Positions 10,933 to 19,415 of a stretch of DNA of 28,171 nucleotides are shown piece by piece (within the stretch, counting starts at the first letter, position 1; the number at the start of each line of letters is the position of its first letter). Source of the DNA: Candidatus Latescibacterota bacterium (lineage in GTDB: Bacteria; Latescibacterota; UBA2968; UBA8231); assembly GCA_965205655.1 (NCBI GenBank), contig CBDBIJ010000085.1:1-28171 (forward strand), given 5' to 3'. The notes beneath the pieces are model-generated. The model searched no databases and was not told the DNA's origin. It was given only the letters and a program-made list of their open reading frames with translations. A program made the translations under genes and the position numbers.

Positions 10933-11367
10933 TCAGTGGGGGGGCTTCTCCGTGCTTCCCGCCCCCTGGCCCGAGCTGTTCCCCACGTTCCCGAGCAATC
11001 CCTCGAGAATGCTCTTGGCGTTGTCGGCGAATCTTCTGGCCTCGTCGACCAGAGTTTGGTCTCCGTGAAGTGCCATCTCGGCCCGGGCCAGTGACGCTCT
11101 GGCCGCGGCGAGATTACGCTCCGCCTCGACGAGGACCATCTCCGCCTCCGCCACCGCCGCGTACGCCTCGGCGATGACCTCTTCCGCCTCCAGCCGTTCC
11201 GTCTCAGTCAGAACGGGCTCTGCCAGCTGCTCCGGCTCCGCTGCGATATCCCCAATCTCGGAGGGCCAGGTCAGCACTGACGCCGGGGCACAGGAGATGA
11301 ACGCGGCTGCGCAGCAGGCCGCAGTCCAGACGCCGAAAGGTCTAAATAGGGTAGCAGGTGTCCGCAT
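10933..11367 (-). CDS. Hypothetical lipoprotein with Ala/Glu-rich coiled coil
   Basis: Hydrophobic N-terminus with lipobox-like FISC; heptad-rich helical core; GAGG upstream. Confidence 0.55.
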   Translation of the reverse strand: MRTPATLFRPFGVWTAACCAAAFISCAPASVLTWPSEIGDIAAEPEQLAEPVLTETERLEAEEVIAEAYAAVAEAEMVLVEAERNLAAARASLARAEMALHGDQTLVDEARRFADNAKSILEGLLGNVGNSSGQGAGSTEKPPH

Positions 11368-11480
11368 GAGCTGCCGGCAAACCTCGAAGCGCGGCCAGCG
11401 ATTCCGGGCCGCGTCGTGTGGCTCTGGCAGGGGACGCTACAGTGGGGTAAAGAGAGACCGGGGCGGCCGACTAAGGGGAA

Positions 11481-11618
11481 TTATATCCCCAACTCTTCCT
11501 CGTTGAGCACTGGCGGCTCGGCCGCGTGCTGCCACAGCCCGCTGAAAAAAGCGGTCAGGGCGATCACCAAAGGAGCCACCAGGACGGCCGAAACAATGTA
11601 GACGAAAGAAAATCTCAT
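11481..11618 (-). CDS. 45-aa small single-pass membrane protein (MRFSFVYIVSAVLVAPLVIALTAFFSGLWQHAAEPPVLNEEELGI)
   Basis: Read by hand (below the ORF-track cutoff): ATG at 11618, GGAG 9 nt upstream, one TM helix, acidic tail, TAA at 11481-11483. Confidence 0.55.
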   Translation of the reverse strand: MRFSFVYIVSAVLVAPLVIALTAFFSGLWQHAAEPPVLNEEELGI

Positions 11619-11942
11619 GATTCTTCGCTCCGAAATGTCGCTATGCCTAGCAGAGGGTTCGATCGAATCGACCCCTCGTCAGGAGAGGAGCAAGAGACGT
11701 ACCATGGCCATAAGGCCGAGGGGGTGGAACAGCGAACAGCTCTTTGTGGGGATATGGAGATGGGGGAAGCCGCACCAAATGTACCAATGTCTCCCAAATC
11801 GTGCAATCCGCAGATCGGGAAGCGGCATGCCCGCCGCTTGCACGTGCCGGTCAAAGGCTGGAAATTGGGACCGGACACAGGGTCGATGCGACACCCTCGA
11901 GGGGGACAGGTCGGCTCGGCCCGGTCAAAGAGGAGTTAGGCC

Positions 11943-12863
11943 ATGGCTTCCGAGCGCAACCTGGCGCTGATCAAGACAATCAAGAAGATACCCCTGTTCA
12001 AGGGGCTTTCTCCAAAGCAGGTGCAGGCCCTGCTCGCCATTTGCCGACCCGAGACCTACGAGCCGGGAGAGCGCATCTGCGGCAGCCAGGCGCAGAGTAA
12101 CGAAATGTTCATACTCATCTCCGGCGCACTCGTCGTGAAAACGGCTGACGGCGTCCAGGTGGCGACGGTCGAGCCGGTCACGACGGTGGGAGAGATGGGT
12201 GTGGTGATGAGGCAGCCACGCTCCGCCACAGTCGAGGCAGCTGTCGAGAGCAACGCCTTCGTCATTCCGCGGAACCAGTTCGAGCTGCTGCTGCAGAAGG
12301 ACGTGGAGATGCAGGTGAAGGTCTTTCGCAATATCATCGAGATTGTCTCTGACAAGATCATCCACGACAATGTGCGCACGCGGGACTACGAGCTGGAGCG
12401 GCTGCGATTGCAGAAGTTGATGAGAGATCGCGAGAAGACATCCGAGATCGCCATGCAGCTGGCGATGAAGCACTCCGGGATGAGTCGCGCGGAGGTGGAG
12501 ACCTACATCGCCGATGAGAAGAGCGACTCTTTCCTCGAGATCCTCATCGTCGACGACGAGCCCGAAATCCGCCGATTCGCCAAGGAAGCTCTCAGCGACG
12601 CCACGGAGGCGTTCGACGCCATCTGCGAAAGGCGCCCCGACCTCGTCATCACCGACATAAGAATGCCCAAGATGGACGGCTACACCTTGCTCTCCAACGT
12701 GCGAGAGTTGTTTCCCGACCTACCGGTGCTCGCCATCTCGGGTTTCGTGAACGAGGCGGAGACCGAGGGCCACGATTTCAACGGGTTTATCGAGAAGGGC
12801 GCCATCGATCTGCACGAGTTCAGGCAGACGATCGGGAAGACGGTCGGACGGGAGTTGAGCTAA
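11943..12863 (+). CDS. Cyclic-nucleotide-binding domain plus C-terminal response-regulator receiver protein
   Basis: IPLFKGLS, MFILISG, VGEMG..PRSATV (cNMP); ILIVDDE, PDLVITDIRMPKMDG, AISG (REC); AGGAG RBS. Confidence 0.88.
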   Translation: MASERNLALIKTIKKIPLFKGLSPKQVQALLAICRPETYEPGERICGSQAQSNEMFILISGALVVKTADGVQVATVEPVTTVGEMGVVMRQPRSATVEAAVESNAFVIPRNQFELLLQKDVEMQVKVFRNIIEIVSDKIIHDNVRTRDYELERLRLQKLMRDREKTSEIAMQLAMKHSGMSRAEVETYIADEKSDSFLEILIVDDEPEIRRFAKEALSDATEAFDAICERRPDLVITDIRMPKMDGYTLLSNVRELFPDLPVLAISGFVNEAETEGHDFNGFIEKGAIDLHEFRQTIGKTVGRELS

Positions 12864-12920
12864 GCCGTCAACGTGAAGATCGCTGACGTCGGCGTCGAGG
12901 TTCGGGTCGACAGTTTCGAG

Positions 12921-13517
12921 CTATCTGACGCTGAGCAGCTCGCGTCTGCTCTCGCTCAACCGTGCCGCGAGCCCGTCGCTGAAGTGGAGATGCTGACCGG
13001 CCCAGTCCGGCATCCAGCTGATGCTGTAGCAATAGCAGAGGGTCCGTCTCGGTCTCCCGGAGATGTTCACCATCGAGCCGTGCGTCAGCGCCTCGGTGAA
13101 AATGATGGCGTCGCCCGCCTTCGCCGGCACCGGAACGAGATCCGGATTCTCACTGGGATGCGGGCCCCATGGGCGCCGAAAATTGGCCTTGTGCGTTCCC
13201 GGAATCACCGCGAAGCAGCCGTCTTCGGGCCCGGCGTCGGTCATCGGAAATACCGCCTTTGTCAGCGTCGACACCATTTGCCCGTTGCGGCAGTGATACT
13301 GGCACTTGGACTGGATGGGAAACTCGTGCATGTGCAAGCGCGTGTAGCCCCCACCCCATCTGTAGATCGCGTAGGTGTGATTCAGCCGGTACGCCGCCCC
13401 GGTTACCTCGGCGATCACATCCAGCACCGGCGGCAAATCCATCAGGTCGACAAAGACGCCGTCTCACTCTATGATGTTGGAGATGTAGAGGTTCTCCGAC
13501 GTCTTTTCGTCTCGACC
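12921..13517 (-). pseudogene. Phytanoyl-CoA dioxygenase (PhyH) family gene, 5'-truncated, with an in-frame TGA
   Basis: DAGPEDGCFAVIPGTHK, KAGDAIIFTEALTHGS, PRR motifs. The frame continues upstream of Met 13442 as ..KTSENLYISNIIE*DGVFVDLMDLPPVL with TGA at 13464-13466; the usual N-terminal segment is not found. Confidence 0.7.
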
Positions 13518-13666
13518 ATCCTCCGCTTCTCGGGCTGACTCTCAACCAGGCAGCTTGAGTCGCCGCCACGGCTCGACCTGCTCGGGCTCGCGGATTCCTC
13601 TTGAGCCGTGTAGCGTTCAGAACGAGTTGTGCTGAAGCCATATGCATAGTTAAATGTGCGTATGTT

Positions 13667-15094
13667 TCAATGTGCCTTCCCCGGCCGTGGATCGATCGGC
13701 ATTGATTCGGCGATCCCGAGCACCTGTTCGAACAAGCTGGCCGCGCCCAATAGGGAAGATTCACCGCGGGGTGGACCCACGACCTGCAAGCCGACCGGCA
13801 GGCCACTGTCGGTAAAACCGCAAGGCACCGAGAGGGCGGGAAGTGATGTGACCGTGATGACGTAGGCAATAGTATACCAGTCGAAGTAGTTCTCGAATCG
13901 GTGTCCTTCCACCTCGTCGATATGGCGGATGTCGACGTCGAACGGCGCGACGATCGTAGCCGGTGATACCAACAGGTCATACGTCTCGAAAAACTCCGCC
14001 ACACGGGCATACAGGGCTCCGCGTGCACGCTCGGCGCGCCCCAGTTGCTCGGCGGTCAATTTGAACCCCTGTTCCATATTCCATACAACTTCCTTGCGCG
14101 TGACATCGCGATGCGCCTCAATGATTGGAGCCAGGTCACCAACGAACTGGTTTGCCCTCAGCACATGGAAAATATCCCGCGCGTCGCTCAGATCGGGACA
14201 CGCCTCTTCCACGGTTGCACCAAGGTCGGCGAAGCGGGCCGCCGCGGCGGAACAGACGTGGGCCACTTCCTTAGCGACCGGAACAATGCCGCCAAAGTCG
14301 CTGGTATAGGCCACTCGTTTGGGAGCGCTGGGATCTTCGACCGCTGAAACAAATGGGATTTTTGGCGCCGCCAGCGATATGGGGTCCATGGGGTGCTCAC
14401 CCGCCATGGCATCCAACATGAGAGCAGTGTCACCTACGTTGCGTGCCATTGGTCCCTGAACCCATAGCGTGTCGAAGGGCAACCTCGTCGGGGCGCGAGC
14501 CACCCGCCCCGGCGAAGGCCTCAAGCCGACGACACTGCAGAATGCCGCCGGAGTGCGGAGGCTGCAACCGAGGTCGGACCCCGTGGCCAGCCAGGTCTGC
14601 CCGGAAGCCACCGCGACCGCCGACCCGCCGGAAGAACCGCCACACGTCATCGATGTGTTCCACGGATTGCGGGTCTGACCGAACACTTCGTTAAAGGTTG
14701 TGGCGCCGTGCCCGAATTCGGGGGCGTTCGACTTGGCGATGATAATCGCACCACGCTTTTCCAGGTTCTGCACCATGATGTCCGAGTGGGTCGGCACATG
14801 GTTGGCAAAGATGGGTGAGCCGTAAGTGGTCCGCACGCCGGCAACGTCATTGAGGTCCTTGATCGCGACAGGAAGTCCACCAAGCCAGCCAGGTCCCGCC
14901 TCATCCGGTACGGTCAATCGCTCGGCGTGCTTCCGCGCCCGTTCCACGCAGCGCGTGGGCAAGGCATTGAGCTGATCGTCCGTGGCTTCGATCCGGGCTA
15001 TCGCAGCATCGATCATTTCAAGAGGAGATACCTCTCCGCGTCGCAAAAGATCAACCGCCGCTCGCGCCGTCAGTCTAATCAAGTCGGTCATCAT
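13667..15094 (-). CDS. Amidase signature family protein
   Basis: GLPVAIKDL (catalytic Lys), GGSSGGSAVAVA, GSDLGCSLRTPA, GLRPSPGRV, GLPVGLQVVG. Confidence 0.95.
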   Translation of the reverse strand: MMTDLIRLTARAAVDLLRRGEVSPLEMIDAAIARIEATDDQLNALPTRCVERARKHAERLTVPDEAGPGWLGGLPVAIKDLNDVAGVRTTYGSPIFANHVPTHSDIMVQNLEKRGAIIIAKSNAPEFGHGATTFNEVFGQTRNPWNTSMTCGGSSGGSAVAVASGQTWLATGSDLGCSLRTPAAFCSVVGLRPSPGRVARAPTRLPFDTLWVQGPMARNVGDTALMLDAMAGEHPMDPISLAAPKIPFVSAVEDPSAPKRVAYTSDFGGIVPVAKEVAHVCSAAAARFADLGATVEEACPDLSDARDIFHVLRANQFVGDLAPIIEAHRDVTRKEVVWNMEQGFKLTAEQLGRAERARGALYARVAEFFETYDLLVSPATIVAPFDVDIRHIDEVEGHRFENYFDWYTIAYVITVTSLPALSVPCGFTDSGLPVGLQVVGPPRGESSLLGAASLFEQVLGIAESMPIDPRPGKAH

Positions 15095-15822
15095 GCCCTC
15101 GTTTGCTAGCGTTTCTCCGGCGGAGCGATCAGGGCGGTGAGAACATTGCCATTACTGCACCATTTCGTCATGGAGTAAGAGCTACGTGCGGCCTGAGAGT
15201 ATAGGACAAATAAGTAGGGTTAGGGCTATCCATTTAACCGGACTGGACACCAGATCTTGAGGTCGCACCTGGTCCCTGCGTCCTTTGTGGTCTTTCTTTG
15301 CCACGACCCCGTCCGAAGAGAGCTAAGAAGATGACCCGAAAGTGGATGAGATGCCTGCCCGTGGCAATTCCGTCGGTGTTTGTCGGCGCGGGCCGTCACT
15401 TTCGCAATGTGTAGCATTGAGGGCGGCTCGACTGAGTTTGTCCAGTTCCAGCTACGATTGTTCCAGGCGTTCGACCAGCTTGGGATAGAGAGGGCAATCG
15501 ATGAATCAGTCCCAATCAGGGGGACGTGCACGAGTAAGGATGATTTTGAGGCGCTGATACAGCGAACCAACAGTCTTGGCTCCCTGAATTCCTACGAGCA
15601 CCAAGGGGAAAATCCGCCCCGAGAATGGCACCTCGATACGGCAGGGTAGAGGCGTTCGGCAAGCTGGAACTCGCATCGGCAGCAGCTGGAACTCCCTATG
15701 AGACAACATCCTCTTCGCTCTCTTCGGAGTGTTCTTTCTCACGCCGTGGCCATGGGCGCTTTGTCGAGTGCATTTCCAGCATTACCCAGCATTACAAGGA
15801 ATACTCCGAGGAACTAAGAAGA

Positions 15823-15860
15823 AAACAGGCACCTGCGTTGACGTACGCAAGTGCCTGTTT
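15823..15860 (-). terminator. Stem-loop downstream of tRNA-Phe, probable intrinsic terminator
   Basis: AAACAGGCAC/GTGCCTGTTT and TGCGT/ACGCA arms, 16 nt past the tRNA CCA end, with T-rich flanks on both strands. Confidence 0.65.
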
Positions 15861-15876
15861 ATCTTCAAGAAAGATA

Positions 15877-15952
15877 TGGTGGCTCCTCGCGGAATCGAAC
15901 CGCGGACACAGGGATTTTCAGTCCCCTGCTCTACCTACTGAGCTAAAGAGCC
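15877..15952 (-). tRNA. tRNA-Phe (GAA)
   Basis: Reverse complement GGCTCTTTAGCTCAGTAGGTAGAGCAGGGGACTGAAAATCCCTGTGTCCGCGGTTCGATTCCGCGAGGAGCCACCA: 76 nt cloverleaf, GAA anticodon, TTCGA T-loop, encoded CCA. Confidence 0.98.
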
Positions 15953-15965
15953 ACCACCACACCAA

Positions 15966-15994
15966 ATTCTAACGGCGACATTTGAGACTGTCAA
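15966..15994 (-). promoter_or_regulatory. Sigma70 promoter for tRNA-Phe
   Basis: TTGACA-N17-TAGAAT on the minus strand, 13 nt upstream of the tRNA. Confidence 0.8.
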
Positions 15995-16003
15995 GAAACT
16001 GAC

Positions 16004-16579
16004 ATGCCCGTAACCGTCATCCCGTTCAAGATGCCGGAGCCGATGGAGATTCCAGCGCATATCGCGGATTCCCTGCGCCAGATGGCGCCCGACGACGCGG
16101 TGAAGAAGGGGATGGAGCTGCTGCTCCAGATCGACGCCGCCGAGACGGTGATCTACGAGCGCGTCAACGGCGATGGAAACCTCGAGCTCGGTTCGGTGGT
16201 ATCGAGTTCGGGCGAGGCGAACGCTGTCGAGGAAAGGCTGGGAGCCGAGGCCGGCTACGGGCAGCCACTGACGGGCGACTCGCAGTCGATGGCCGGTGCG
16301 GCATTCGCCGAGAAATCACCGCTGCTGATCATGGGGCAGGCACAGGAAGGCGACGAGATGCCGCTACCAGAATCGCTAAAGGCACTCGTGCTGAATGGTG
16401 CAGAGGTGGGGAATGTGGGTTTCATCTACGTGTTGACCTTCGTCGACGGCGAGCAAACACCACTCGGAGCCCTCACGCTGATTCGCTCACCGGATAGCGG
16501 GCCGTTGAATCACGAACAGCCGAATATCACTGAAGGACTGCGGCAGGTGCTGAACGAGATCATCTGCGAGGCGGCATAG
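16004..16579 (+). CDS. Hypothetical protein, GAF-like fold suspected
   Basis: Clean 191-aa ORF; C-terminal YVLTF..PLGALTLIR..G.L pattern resembles GAF beta-strands. Confidence 0.6.
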   Translation: MPVTVIPFKMPEPMEIPAHIADSLRQMAPDDAVKKGMELLLQIDAAETVIYERVNGDGNLELGSVVSSSGEANAVEERLGAEAGYGQPLTGDSQSMAGAAFAEKSPLLIMGQAQEGDEMPLPESLKALVLNGAEVGNVGFIYVLTFVDGEQTPLGALTLIRSPDSGPLNHEQPNITEGLRQVLNEIICEAA

Positions 16580-16584
16580 AAAAA

Positions 16585-16613
16585 CAGGGGCCCTCAAATT
16601 GCAAAGGCCCCTG
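16585..16613. terminator. Bidirectional terminator between convergent genes
   Basis: CAGGGGCC/GGCCCCTG inverted repeat with an A-run before it and T-rich sequence after it. Confidence 0.65.
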
Positions 16614-16653
16614 CTCGTTTCGTCAGATATTGTCGCGGATATTCTCGGATCGA

Positions 16654-16923
16654 TCAGGCGGTAGCAGTTTCCACAACGCCGTTTTCGACCAACCAGGCCT
16701 CCACTTCTTCGCCGCTCACGTCAGCCAGCATCTGGCCGTTGACCTCGACACACGGGGACAGGGGCTGGCCGCTCTTCTGAACCATCTCGGCGTAGTTGTC
16801 GGGATTGTTGATGATGTCCCGGTCTTCGTACTCCAACCCGTACTTCTGAAATACATCGCGGACGCCGCCGCTCCAACCGCATACAGGTTTGAGGTAAGCG
16901 ACGATGTTTGGTGTGTCAGCCAT
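16654..16923 (-). CDS. Monothiol glutaredoxin-like protein (CGWS)
   Basis: YLKPVCGWS active site, YEDRDI, KSGQPLSPCVEVNG cis-Pro region; AAGGA RBS. Confidence 0.88.
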   Translation of the reverse strand: MADTPNIVAYLKPVCGWSGGVRDVFQKYGLEYEDRDIINNPDNYAEMVQKSGQPLSPCVEVNGQMLADVSGEEVEAWLVENGVVETATA

Positions 16924-16957
16924 CGGTGATGTCCTTTCTTTCAGTGAGTTGCAGGCT

Positions 16958-16985
16958 AATATAACAAGCCGTATTTACGTGTCAA
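16958..16985 (-). promoter_or_regulatory. Sigma70 promoter for the glutaredoxin
   Basis: TTGACA-N16-TATATT with an extended -10 TGn. Confidence 0.6.
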
Positions 16986-17010
16986 GCCAAGAGTTACGTG
17001 CCATTTTCGA

Positions 17011-17039
17011 TTGACGAGAAACCGGCTCCGCCGTACATT
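17011..17039 (+). promoter_or_regulatory. Sigma70 promoter, probably the original murA promoter
   Basis: TTGACG-N17-TACATT, divergent from the glutaredoxin promoter; it would lie about 75 nt upstream of murA before the transposon inserted. Confidence 0.65.
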
Positions 17040-17081
17040 GGGATCCCCGCCCTACCAAACGGGATCCCCGCCCCACCAAAC
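17040..17081 (+). repeat. 21-bp tandem direct repeat, two copies
   Basis: GGGATCCCCGCCCTACCAAAC / GGGATCCCCGCCCCACCAAAC, 1 mismatch. Confidence 0.9.
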
Positions 17082-17100
17082 CTACTGACAATAGACTACG

Positions 17101-17108
17101 AATAGAAA
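17101..17108 (+). repeat. 8-bp target-site duplication, left copy (AATAGAAA)
   Basis: Identical to 22071-22078; abuts the terminal inverted repeat. Confidence 0.92.
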
Positions 17109-17132
17109 GGGAATTACATACGTGAGTAGACA
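17109..17132 (+). repeat. IS1595 terminal inverted repeat, distal to the transposase
   Basis: GGGAATTACATACGTGAGTAGACA. Confidence 0.92.
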
Positions 17133-17148
17133 GGAAGGGATTGAAGAA

Positions 17149-17343
17149 ATGGCCGGCGGAAAACTGAAACCAGGATGGCGGGAGGGAATCGAGCGGTTAA
17201 GGAATGGGGACCGGCTACTCGGGTTTGCCGAAGCCGATGGTTCCGGGTCGTTCGAGATCATCGATCCTTTTGAGGATCTCCGAAACCGTTTCCTCAAGAA
17301 GTGTAATGCGCTCAGAAAGGCCGCCGGGCTCCCACCCGTCTAA
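17149..17343 (+). CDS. Small hypothetical protein A1 (GGKLKPGWRE motif), antisense overlap with 17215-17454
   Basis: ATG at 17149 with GGAAGG upstream; motif shared with 20469-20699 through mostly synonymous DNA differences. Confidence 0.6.
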   Translation: MAGGKLKPGWREGIERLRNGDRLLGFAEADGSGSFEIIDPFEDLRNRFLKKCNALRKAAGLPPV

Positions 17344-17454
17344 GCGCATCAACTGCTCCATTTTTCGGACTGCCGCTTCGGTCTGAATTATGTCATTGCC
17401 GGGGCTGTTCAGAAACGCCTGAAGCCTCTGTATTTCCTTATCGAACTGTGCCAT
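17215..17454 (-). CDS. Small hypothetical coiled-coil protein B1 (79 aa)
   Basis: GGAGG RBS 7 nt before ATG 17454; heptad pattern LSERITLLEETVSEILKRIDDLE. Confidence 0.7.
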   Translation of the reverse strand: MAQFDKEIQRLQAFLNSPGNDIIQTEAAVRKMEQLMRLDGWEPGGLSERITLLEETVSEILKRIDDLERPGTIGFGKPE

Positions 17455-17489
17455 CGTGATTTCCTCCAAGGGTTAGACGGTGGCGTTTA

Positions 17490-17521
17490 GAGGGGGAACC
17501 TGTAGCCGCAGGCTCCCCCTC
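17490..17521 (-). other. 13-bp GC-rich stem-loop between cargo genes
   Basis: GAGGGGGAACCTG/CAGGCTCCCCCTC; the single mismatch becomes G-U on the minus strand; no U-tract. Confidence 0.6.
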
Positions 17522-17528
17522 GGTTCAT

Positions 17529-17705
17529 TCACTCTGTTTCGTCTGGTTCTTCTCCCTCGTCCTGATACGTCCATTCTGGCGGTTTCGTAGTCATCAGGAT
17601 ACGGGCGATGTTCTCCGGAGTGTCTGGGATAGGCTCCGGCATCTGGCGTTCGACAGGGCGACCTACGGGGCGCTTCTCGGGCTTGTCCTTCTGTTCCTCG
17701 TTCAT
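17529..17705 (-). CDS. 58-aa hypothetical protein (MNEEQKDKPEKRPVGRPVERQMPEPIPDTPENIARILMTTKPPEWTYQDEGEEPDETE)
   Basis: Not in the ORF track. ATG overlaps the MTase-HNH stop (ATGA) with GGAGG upstream. The PEPIPDTPENIAR motif resembles small ORFs I recall next to IS1595 transposases (unverified). Confidence 0.7.
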   Translation of the reverse strand: MNEEQKDKPEKRPVGRPVERQMPEPIPDTPENIARILMTTKPPEWTYQDEGEEPDETE

Positions 17706-18180
17706 GCTACCTCCGATATGCGTTGACGTTTGAGGGCGGCAATCAGATAGGCTTGATCGCGGTCTCCCTTGGTGCTGTTACAGGCTCCGCAAAGTAGCTG
17801 AAGGTTTTCCGGGTGATCTGTTCCGCCTTGCGAGCGTGGCGTGATATGGTCAATGGTGAAATTACGGAACGGGAAAGGAATCCGGCAACCGGTGCACCGG
17901 CCCTCTTGGCGCCCGAACAGCGTGTGCCTCTGGGTCCGGTAGTGAGGTATCGGTCCTTGGTCGCTGCGCCTGGGTACATCTTCCCGATGGTTCAGCTTGA
18001 ACAGGCCGCCGATCTCTGACTCCGCCCGCTGGATGACCAGCGTGGCCGCCAGCTCAGACAGATCGATGCCCACCCATTGGCGTTCTGCTTTTTCTGCGGC
18101 AATGCAGGCCGTGGCGCACCCGCAGAACGGATCGAGTACTTGTAAAGCCCTGGGTTTCTGGACACTGATTTGGCGGATGG

Positions 18181-19089
18181 TCAGGCCGCCTTGGACAACT
18201 CCTGCTGGAAGCTCCGGCGCACCTGGTTTGGCGTCTGATAGTTGTGTCGCTCGAGGAGCCACTTCTCGTTGTAGACTCTCTTGAATTCGAGCAGGGCAAG
18301 ACGGAGCTCTTCGACCGTGGCAAAGTATCGGACCCACAGGAGATTCTCCTTGAGGGTGCGGATGAATCGCTCGGAGCAGCCATTGCCCTCCGGGGCACGC
18401 ACGAAGCTGGGCGACGACTCGATGCCCAGGAAGTCGATCTGTTTCTGGAAGTGGTCGGACATGTACGCAGAGCCATGATCGTGGCGCAGCTGCAGCCCCC
18501 CGGCGATACCCTTGTCGCCGCCGCCGAAGTGTTCGCGGACTCCCTGGTGGATCGGCTCCAGGGCCTCGAAACGGTCGCCTGTGGCCGCTGCATGAATGCC
18601 GATGCACTCCGAGCTGCAGTGGTCGACAGCCACGAAGACCGTAGCTGTGCCTTCGCCGGTGGTCACGGTGGTGGTCAAGTCGGTTCCCCACATCTGGTCT
18701 GGTCGCTCGGTGGTGATCGTCCCGTCGTGTGCTTGCGGGCCCCTTGGCTGGCCGGCGCGTTGCGGCACCTGCAGGCCGTGCTCGCGCATCACACGGCGTA
18801 CGCGTTCCTTCGAGGTGCGGATGTCCTGCGCCCGCAGCTGGGCCCACATCTTGCGGTAGCCTTCCCCGTGAAAGGGGGACGCCTTCAGCAACTCGCGAAT
18901 CTTCTCAGCTAGCTCATCGTCGGTACACGGCCCTTGGGGACCTCGTTTCTTCCGCTCAAGACGCTCCTCCGGACGCAGAGCCGCCCGACGCCGATGCTCG
19001 TGGACGGTGGAGCGAGGAAACTGCCAGACCCGACACACACGCTGCAGCCTGTACGGCCGCTTCCTGGAGGGCGACTGGGTCTGGCTCAT
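18181..19089 (-). CDS. IS3-family transposase OrfB (rve DDE domain)
   Basis: GYRKMWA, RVRRVMREHGL, WGTD, HDHGSAY, NGCSERFIRTLKE, YN..HNYQTP. Confidence 0.95.
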   Translation of the reverse strand: MSQTQSPSRKRPYRLQRVCRVWQFPRSTVHEHRRRAALRPEERLERKKRGPQGPCTDDELAEKIRELLKASPFHGEGYRKMWAQLRAQDIRTSKERVRRVMREHGLQVPQRAGQPRGPQAHDGTITTERPDQMWGTDLTTTVTTGEGTATVFVAVDHCSSECIGIHAAATGDRFEALEPIHQGVREHFGGGDKGIAGGLQLRHDHGSAYMSDHFQKQIDFLGIESSPSFVRAPEGNGCSERFIRTLKENLLWVRYFATVEELRLALLEFKRVYNEKWLLERHNYQTPNQVRRSFQQELSKAA

Positions 19090-19415
19090 CGCTTCGACCT
19101 CCGGGATGCCAAAGGGAGTCCATCCTCCAGGCGATGGATCTTGGACTCCAGCAACTCGTTGTCCATCGTCAGATCCCCCACCTTCGCTTTCAGGCGGGCG
19201 ATCTGTTCATCCCGCTCATCACGGGTACGGCTGTGCAGAGCTGACTCACCCCCACCCAGGAACTGCTCGCGCCACTCACTCAGCGTGGCTGCCATCACAC
19301 CCAACTCCCGGGACAGGACCTCCAGGTCCTCCCCACGCAGCAGGCGCAACACCGCCTCCTGCTTTCGACGAGCGGAGAATCGGCCGACCCGAACACCCTT
19401 CTCCTGCTTAGTCAT
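19086..19415 (-). CDS. IS3-family transposase OrfA (HTH plus leucine zipper)
   Basis: RFSARRKQEAVLRLLRGE..LSRELGV..LSEWR; IARLKAKVGDLTMDNELL; AGGAG RBS before ATG 19415; ATGA overlap with orfB. Confidence 0.9.
   Translation of the reverse strand: MTKQEKGVRVGRFSARRKQEAVLRLLRGEDLEVLSRELGVMAATLSEWREQFLGGGESALHSRTRDERDEQIARLKAKVGDLTMDNELLESKIHRLEDGLPLASRRSKR

Noticed and set aside
11476..11486. GGGAATTATAT matches the first 11 nt of the IS1595 inverted repeat
   Set aside because: The match stops at 11 bp, there is no partner end or target duplication, and it overlaps the stop of the 45-aa ORF and a small GGGGA/TCCCC hairpin.
11571..11581. AGGAGCCACCA identical to the tRNA-Phe 3' end (possible att site)
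   Set aside because: It is inverted relative to the tRNA, whereas att duplications are direct repeats; it is short and lies inside a coding frame.
13464..13466. In-frame TGA in the PhyH-like gene as selenocysteine
   Set aside because: No convincing SECIS hairpin follows, the position is not a known catalytic Cys, and the gene is also 5'-truncated.
15226..15870. Short ORFs between the amidase and the tRNA as genes or an integrase remnant
   Set aside because: No clear RBS or recognisable catalytic motifs; cannot be assigned without BLASTx.
17040..17081. Repeat as a CRISPR array
   Set aside because: Only two abutting units, no spacers and no cas genes.
18141..18847. 5' part of the 381-aa ORF 17702-18847 as a real HNH protein N-terminus
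   Set aside because: It is an alternative frame of IS3 orfB; the true N-terminus is the MTase half at 20438-19482.
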